Shown here: one piece after another, positions 58,497 to 64,000 of the stretch
How positions within the stretch are numbered: the first letter of the stretch is position 1
Layout: each line of letters starts with the position of its first letter
Source: Campylobacteraceae bacterium
Lineage (GTDB): Bacteria; Campylobacterota; Campylobacteria; Campylobacterales; Campylobacteraceae
NCBI GenBank assembly: GCA_031270285.1
Contig: JAISXY010000041.1
Location: forward strand, 3,977 to 67,976
Direction: 5' to 3'
DNA: 64,000 bases
Notes under the pieces: model-generated
The model's database searches: none
Seen by the model: only the letters and a program-made list of their open reading frames with translations
What the model was told of the DNA's origin: nothing
Made by a program: the position numbers and the translations under genes

Positions 58497-59628
58497 ATTT
58501 TAACTCCTCAGGCTTTGTTTTTCTTCTGATAAGCCTTTTAAGGTTTATGATACTCTCATTTGTGCCGACAATCAATAACTTTGCATTTATGCCGACAATC
58601 GTATCGCCGCGCGGCATTGGCAAAAATTTGCCGTTAATATCGCTGATACCGACAACGCTCACATTTGTTATCTCTCTTAAATGCGTTTCTTTTAATTTTT
58701 TAAATATTATCCATGAAAATTCTGGTACTTCAACCTCTTCTATATTAACGGGAGGATCTTTTTTTGAAAGTAGATTTTCCATCATATTTTGCATATCGGG
58801 GTGCAGACTAACGGCAGATAAGCGTTGAGCTACAAGTTTTGAAGGCGATACGACCGAGTCGGCTCCAAGTTTTTTCAGCTTTTCCGCTTCGCTGTCATTA
58901 TTTGCATGAGCCATGATAAAAAAGGCTTTTTTCAACCCCAGCTCCTTTTCATAAAGCCTTGTCGTAACGACCTGCGCAATATTATCCGCTATATTTTCGC
59001 TCAGCGTTACTACACCTCTGGCAGATGCAAGAGAAGATTTGAGTATGGACAGTTCCGTATGCGGCTCGCCCTGTATATAGTAGGGATATTGATTTTGTTT
59101 TGCTGTTTGTTCAAAATCCAAAGAGTTATCTACCACCACAAAAGGTATATGATTTTGGCGGAACTGTTTTGCAAGTTCTATCGTAAAATTATTGTGATGA
59201 CAGATAACAAAATGGTTCTTAAGCCTTGCGATTTTTTGAAGCATTCTTCGCTCCTTAATAAGTTTTGTAATAACGCCCCTGTTTATCATATCTATCAAAA
59301 CGCCGATTGAAAATGAGAAAACGGCAAATCCCAAGACAATCAGTCCGATAGTAAAAAAGCGTCCTGCCGTAGAAATTTCGCCTATTTCGCCAAATCCAAC
59401 GGTTGTAAATGTAGAGCCTGATTGGTATATGGCGTCAATGAGAGTAAAACCATCTATCAAAATATAGCCGACAGTGCCTATCATCATGATAACAACAAGC
59501 AGTATTAAAGGCAATCTAAGCGGTTTTAACTGTTCGTAGATTTGATTGTCTATCTTAACTTTGGGAGTGGCGGACTGTTTACGCCACCCTTGGGGTGATT
59601 TGTCCTTTTTATCAAAGTTCATATTCAC
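58489..59628 (-). CDS. Potassium channel protein with RCK/TrkA-N domain
   Basis: The selectivity filter TTVGFGE sits between two TM helices, followed by a Rossmann-like RCK domain. Confidence 0.8.
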   Translation of the reverse strand: MNMNFDKKDKSPQGWRKQSATPKVKIDNQIYEQLKPLRLPLILLVVIMMIGTVGYILIDGFTLIDAIYQSGSTFTTVGFGEIGEISTAGRFFTIGLIVLGFAVFSFSIGVLIDMINRGVITKLIKERRMLQKIARLKNHFVICHHNNFTIELAKQFRQNHIPFVVVDNSLDFEQTAKQNQYPYYIQGEPHTELSILKSSLASARGVVTLSENIADNIAQVVTTRLYEKELGLKKAFFIMAHANNDSEAEKLKKLGADSVVSPSKLVAQRLSAVSLHPDMQNMMENLLSKKDPPVNIEEVEVPEFSWIIFKKLKETHLREITNVSVVGISDINGKFLPMPRGDTIVGINAKLLIVGTNESIINLKRLIRRKTKPEELKYV

Positions 59629-59647
59629 TCCCTGCGAGGTAAAAAAA

Positions 59648-59836
59648 TTAGCCGTTTTTCTTCATAGTTCTAAGCGTTGAGGCGGCAACCTTAATCTTTT
59701 GCGTAGTTCCGTCTTCAAGAGTAACTCTTACTGTACGAAGATTTGGTAAAAAGCGTCTTTTTGTTTTATTATTAGCGTGACTGACATTATTTCCTACAAG
59801 CGGTCCTTTACCTGTAAGCGCACATCTTCTTGCCAT
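59648..59836 (-). CDS. rpmB: 50S ribosomal protein L28
   Basis: Starts [33 protein letters not shown]. The start is at an internal Met of the listed ORF. Confidence 0.9.
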   Translation of the reverse strand: MARRCALTGKGPLVGNNVSHANNKTKRRFLPNLRTVRVTLEDGTTQKIKVAASTLRTMKKNG

Positions 59837-59978
59837 CATGAATCCTTTAAATAAATTTTTTGTAAAATACAAATATCAAGCAAAGTGGTGATTATATCAT
59901 AAATAGTTAATAAAATCATTAAAAGCCAAATATTTTTGCTCCAATCATAACCAAAAAGCGAAAATCAAACAGCATGTT

Positions 59979-60953
59979 TTACTCAAATATATTCATACTC
60001 GCACAATGCAGACTTCCATGCTGCCTTATAAAAACGGCTGCATTTATGCCGATTATCTCATGAGACGGAAGCGCACGACTTAAAATCTCTTTTACTCTTG
60101 CATCGTTTGCGTCATTATATGTCGGCAGTAAAACGGCGCCGTTTACAAACACAAAATTCGCATAAGTGGCGGGAAGCCGCTCATTGTTGTAAAATATCGG
60201 TTTGGGCAGAGGAAGAGGCAGCAGTTTAAAGCCTGTGCTTTGCAACTGTTTTTCCATCTTTTTTAACTCCTCAAAATGCTCGTCTTTTTCATCTTCGCAT
60301 GTTGTATAAGCTATTGTATCTTCTGTGATAAAACGAGCGAGCGTATCTACATGCGAATCGGTATCATCGCCTTTTAAAAAGCCGTGTTCAAGCCAGATTA
60401 TCCGCTTTAATCCAAACAACTCTTTTAATTTTGCATCTATCTCGTTTTTGCTCATATGCGGATTTCTATTTTTATCTAAAAGACATTTTGAAGTCGTAAT
60501 CGCAACGCCTGCGCCGTTATTATCCATGCTGCCGCCCTCAAACACCATAGGTACGCTTATAAGTCTGCCTTTTATATGTCCGCTCTCTAACAGTTTTTTA
60601 TTGACCGTATTGTCAAGCAATGAGTCAAATTTTCCGCCCCATGCATTAAATATAAAATCATACGAGATAATCCCGCCCTCATCTTCTGCATTAATCGCAC
60701 CGAAATCTCTCACCCATGTATCATTTGTCGGCAGTTGAATAACCGTAATATTGTCGCACTCATGAAGCAGTTTTTCGGCAGACTGTTTATCTGCGCACAA
60801 AACGGTACAGTGTTCATACATTGAAGCTTTTTTGATAAACTCTTTATATGCTGAAAGTATCTCATCTAAATACGGCGTCCAATCGGTTTTTTCATGCGGC
60901 AGAACAAGCAGAAGCGAACTCTGTTTTTCCCATTCGGCAAATATTCTTTTCAT
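59979..60953 (-). CDS. Agmatine deiminase / Porphyromonas-type peptidylarginine deiminase family
   Basis: Contains WVRDFG, an HVD block and the C-terminal catalytic GSLHCASM. Confidence 0.8.
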   Translation of the reverse strand: MKRIFAEWEKQSSLLLVLPHEKTDWTPYLDEILSAYKEFIKKASMYEHCTVLCADKQSAEKLLHECDNITVIQLPTNDTWVRDFGAINAEDEGGIISYDFIFNAWGGKFDSLLDNTVNKKLLESGHIKGRLISVPMVFEGGSMDNNGAGVAITTSKCLLDKNRNPHMSKNEIDAKLKELFGLKRIIWLEHGFLKGDDTDSHVDTLARFITEDTIAYTTCEDEKDEHFEELKKMEKQLQSTGFKLLPLPLPKPIFYNNERLPATYANFVFVNGAVLLPTYNDANDARVKEILSRALPSHEIIGINAAVFIRQHGSLHCASMNIFE

Positions 60954-61097
60954 GAAACTCCTTTGATGTGAAATTATAGCAGAGCAATATTAAGAGTGCA
61001 TTGAGCCTTTGCGGCAGCTTTGGTTAAGCCTTCTCTTAACAATAAATATATATAATACTAAATTGATAAATTAACTATAGTATTAAGGATTGAGGAG

Positions 61098-61943
61098 ATG
61101 AAAATTATAGATATGAGATGTCGCCCTGCATATTTGCATGAGTTTTTCGGAGCAGTCGCGGGTTCTAAAGCGTATGAAGGAGCAAAGTGGCTGAATAGAA
61201 GAGTAGGGACGAGAGGAGACGACGAGCATTTTAAAAAATCTCTCACAAAAGAGGGTTTTTTGAATGAAGTTAAAGACAGCGGGCTCTCTTATGCCGTTAT
61301 TGTCGGAAGACGCACGCCAAGCCAGCAAATCAGCAATGATTTTTTACATGAGATTACAAATCCGCATAAAGAGCTTTTAGCGATAGCGGGTATTGACCCT
61401 GCGCTTGATGGAATTGATGAAGCCATCAAAGAGATAGACAGATCCATAGATGATTTAAAACTTTCCGGTATCAATATAGAACCCGGATTTGCCGAACCTG
61501 CGCGCCACCCTGATGATGAGATATATTTTCCGATATACGAACATTTGGCGCATAAAAAGATACCGCTTACTCTCATGTCAGGTCCTACAACGCCAAATCC
61601 TGCTTTCAACGACCCTTCGCATTTGGCTAAAGTAGCGCGCGAATTTCCCTCGCTTGCGATTATCTGCTATCATGGATATTATCCAAATACAAATCAACTA
61701 ATAGGCGTTGCTTTCAAATATGAAAATATCTATCCCGTACCTGATATGTACGGTTTTATAGCAGGAAGCGAAGTTTTTGTAAAAGCGGGAAATACATTTT
61801 TGCAAGACCAGCTTTTGTTTGGCTCTTCGTATCCGTTTAGACCTATCAAGCAGTCTATAGACGATTTTGCCGCATTTGGATTTGATGATCATGTGCTTGA
61901 AAAGCTTTTTTATAAAAATGCGGATAGGATTTTTAATCTTTAA
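61098..61943 (+). CDS. Amidohydrolase-2 family metal-dependent hydrolase
   Basis: 281 aa. It starts IIDMRCRP, has a conserved HGYYP block and a C-terminal ...FGSSYPF... block. Confidence 0.6.
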   Translation: MKIIDMRCRPAYLHEFFGAVAGSKAYEGAKWLNRRVGTRGDDEHFKKSLTKEGFLNEVKDSGLSYAVIVGRRTPSQQISNDFLHEITNPHKELLAIAGIDPALDGIDEAIKEIDRSIDDLKLSGINIEPGFAEPARHPDDEIYFPIYEHLAHKKIPLTLMSGPTTPNPAFNDPSHLAKVAREFPSLAIICYHGYYPNTNQLIGVAFKYENIYPVPDMYGFIAGSEVFVKAGNTFLQDQLLFGSSYPFRPIKQSIDDFAAFGFDDHVLEKLFYKNADRIFNL

Positions 61944-62053
61944 ACTCTCATTTTGATAAATAGTTTAATTTAATATTTTTGCGACAAAGCATTATAAAAT
62001 AAAGATAAATCATCGCAAAGTTTTGATACAATTAAACCATTTAAATCCAAAGG

Positions 62054-62701
62054 GTGTTTATGCTTGTAGCTCCAAGTATTTTATCGGCAAATTTCGGCAG
62101 GCTTGATGAAGAGATAAAAGCGATTTGCGACGCAGGATGCGATTTTGTACATATAGATGTCATGGACGGGCATTTTGTGCCAAATCTTACGATAGGTCCG
62201 GTGGTCGTAAGCGCTGTGGCAAAAAGTGCGGCAAAACCTATTGATATACATTTGATGGTAAAAAACAATACGTTTTTCACAGAACTTTTTGCACCAATAA
62301 AACCAAAATATCTCTCATTTCATATAGAAGAGGAGAAACATCCTCACAGGCTTATTCAAAAGATAAAAAGTTACGGCATAAGTCCTGCCATTGTGTTAAA
62401 TCCGCACACTTCGTTAAAATCCATAGAGTATATTTTGGAAGATTTGGATATGGTGCTTTTGATGAGCGTAAATCCCGGATTTGGCGGACAGAGTTTCATC
62501 TCTTCATCTCTTAAAAAAGCGGAAGCTTTGCGAAAAATGATAGACGGCGCAGGGCTCAAAACTTTGATAGAGGTTGACGGCGGCGTAAATGACAAAAATG
62601 TGCATGAATTAAAAAATGCGGGCGTGGATATAGTAGTGGCGGGCAATTATATCTTCGGCTCTTCTTCATACAAAAATGCGATAGATTCTTTAAGGGTATA
62701 G
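62054..62701 (+). CDS. rpe: Ribulose-phosphate 3-epimerase
   Basis: Contains APSILSANF, HIDVMDGHFVPN, MSVNPGFGGQ and VDGG. Confidence 0.9.
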   Translation: MFMLVAPSILSANFGRLDEEIKAICDAGCDFVHIDVMDGHFVPNLTIGPVVVSAVAKSAAKPIDIHLMVKNNTFFTELFAPIKPKYLSFHIEEEKHPHRLIQKIKSYGISPAIVLNPHTSLKSIEYILEDLDMVLLMSVNPGFGGQSFISSSLKKAEALRKMIDGAGLKTLIEVDGGVNDKNVHELKNAGVDIVVAGNYIFGSSSYKNAIDSLRV

Positions 62702-63289
62702 ATGAGAGTAAAAATCTGCGGCATTACTTCGCTAAAAGACGCACTCACGGCTGTTAATGCGGGTGCGGATGCGGTCGGATTTATATTTTATCCCAAATCC
62801 CCAAGATACATAACTCCAAAAGCAGCTAAAAAAATATCCGCTTTACTGCCGCCGTTTGTGCAAAAAGTCGGGGTTTTTGTACATGAGAAGCCGAAAACGG
62901 TAGATAAAATCTGCAAAAAAGCAAAATTAAATCTTGCGCAGCTTCATTTTGATGTTGATGAAGATTTTTTATCAAAACTCAAAACGCCGTATGTGAAAGT
63001 CGTAAGAGCCAAACAAAAAAGCGATCTTTTAAAATACAAAGACGAGTATCGCTTGATTGACGCTTTTACGGACAACTTCGGAGGCGATGGCAAAAGCATT
63101 GATTTGTCATGGTTTAACGGAATAGACTGCTCAAAAATTATATTAGCGGGCGGACTTGGCGCGGATATGCTTGAGGGCATAAAACATTTTGGATTTTACG
63201 GCGTTGATGTGAACAGCGGAGTAGAACTCTCGCATGGCAAAAAAGATGCGCAAAAAATATATGATTTTGTAAAAAGCGCGAAAGATTGA
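62702..63289 (+). CDS. trpF: Phosphoribosylanthranilate isomerase
   Basis: Contains VKICGIT...GADAVGFIFYPKSPRY...LAGGL. Confidence 0.9.
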   Translation: MRVKICGITSLKDALTAVNAGADAVGFIFYPKSPRYITPKAAKKISALLPPFVQKVGVFVHEKPKTVDKICKKAKLNLAQLHFDVDEDFLSKLKTPYVKVVRAKQKSDLLKYKDEYRLIDAFTDNFGGDGKSIDLSWFNGIDCSKIILAGGLGADMLEGIKHFGFYGVDVNSGVELSHGKKDAQKIYDFVKSAKD

Positions 63290-64000
63290 GACAGTTTGAA
63301 CAGCTTGCCGATAAATTGGCTAAAAAAGATTTAAATATTGACTATTTTTTTCACATGCTGTCAAAATGCGAATATCTGGACGATTTTGAGATAACTTCCA
63401 TAGATGAGCTTAACTCTCTCGGATTTGACGCCGCAGAAAAAAACGGTAAAAATATAACTCTTCGCACAAGAGAGAGAAGGTGGCAAGAGCAGAGGTTTTG
63501 CGTGGTGGATATAGAGACAAATAACCTCTTGTTAAACGAAGCCAAAGTGATAGAAATAGGTGCGGTAATTTTGGAAAACGGCGCTATTTTAGATGAGTTT
63601 CATTCGCTCATTTTTACCGATTTTTTGCCCGAAGTTATAGTAAATTTGACGGGAATTACGACAGATATGCTGAAAAACGCTCCAAGCGAAGCGGAAACAC
63701 TGGAAAAATTCAGACTTTTTTTGAGTAACAGTGTTTTTGTAGCGCATAATGTTGATTTTGATTATGCATTTTTATCCGATGCTTTTAGAAAATACCATTT
63801 TGCGCCGTTTCTAAATAGAAAATTATGCACCATAAAACTTGCCAGAAAAACAATAAAAAGTACAAAATACGGTCTCGGAACGCTTCGTGAAGTTTTAGGA
63901 ATAAACGAAGGCGTTCACCATAGAGCGTTAAGCGATGCCAAAAGTGCGGCAAAAATATTTATACAAGCTTGCAAAAATCTGCCCAAATGGGTCGTAACGA
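63286..64000 (+). CDS. DEDDh 3'-5' exonuclease (DNA polymerase III epsilon-like), 3'-truncated by the window edge
   Basis: The frame is open to the window end. It contains VVDIETN (Exo I), VAHNVDFDYAFL (Exo II) and HRALSDA (Exo III). The start is either the TTG at 63286, overlapping the trpF stop, or the ATG at 63355. This ORF is not in the supplied track because no stop codon falls inside the window. Confidence 0.75.
   Translation, partial: MRQFEQLADKLAKKDLNIDYFFHMLSKCEYLDDFEITSIDELNSLGFDAAEKNGKNITLRTRERRWQEQRFCVVDIETNNLLLNEAKVIEIGAVILENGAILDEFHSLIFTDFLPEVIVNLTGITTDMLKNAPSEAETLEKFRLFLSNSVFVAHNVDFDYAFLSDAFRKYHFAPFLNRKLCTIKLARKTIKSTKYGLGTLREVLGINEGVHHRALSDAKSAAKIFIQACKNLPKWVVT

Overview
This 64-kb window looks like chromosomal DNA from a Campylobacterota (epsilonproteobacterial) genome. 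The evidence is two Campylobacter-MOMP-type porins, a futalosine-pathway radical-SAM gene, an rpsF-ssb-rpsR cluster, a short RNase R, and roughly 40% GC judged by eye.

About 40 ordinary housekeeping CDS form the backbone: queA, cobB, ruvX, dprA, ilvC, rnr, holA, rpsF, ssb, rpsR, hpf, lon, bamD, proC, recG, an mqn gene, priA, uvrB, argJ, rpmB, rpe, trpF and others.

Four kinds of non-backbone content sit between them:
1. A 13.5-kb, translationally coupled two-gene operon. It encodes a 3267-aa secreted giant adhesin (about 20 tandem Big_1/invasin-like Ig repeats, flanked by SdrD-B-like, GEVED-motif and DUF11-like modules), followed by a 1225-aa outer-membrane beta-barrel protein. No recognisable T1SS, TPS or autotransporter machinery accompanies them.
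2. A 7.4-kb operon. It encodes an 1801-aa Calx-beta-containing, MshQ-like secreted protein followed by three type IV minor-pilin-like proteins. No pilus assembly genes are present.
3. Six mosaic intergenic repeat arrays totalling about 4 kb. They are built from two related 25-nt palindromes plus shared 45-200-bp modules. One palindrome, GTCATTCCCGCG(T/C)AGGCGGGAATCC, matches from memory the Neisseria dRS3/NIME core. The arrays lie next to the surface-protein genes.
4. A small island with a GIY-YIG nuclease gene and a RelE/RHH toxin-antitoxin pair, embedded between two arrays.

I recognised no rRNA, tRNA, CRISPR, transposase or integrase. All functional calls come from motif and family recognition by eye on the supplied translations. 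No searches or computations were run, and domain boundaries are approximate.
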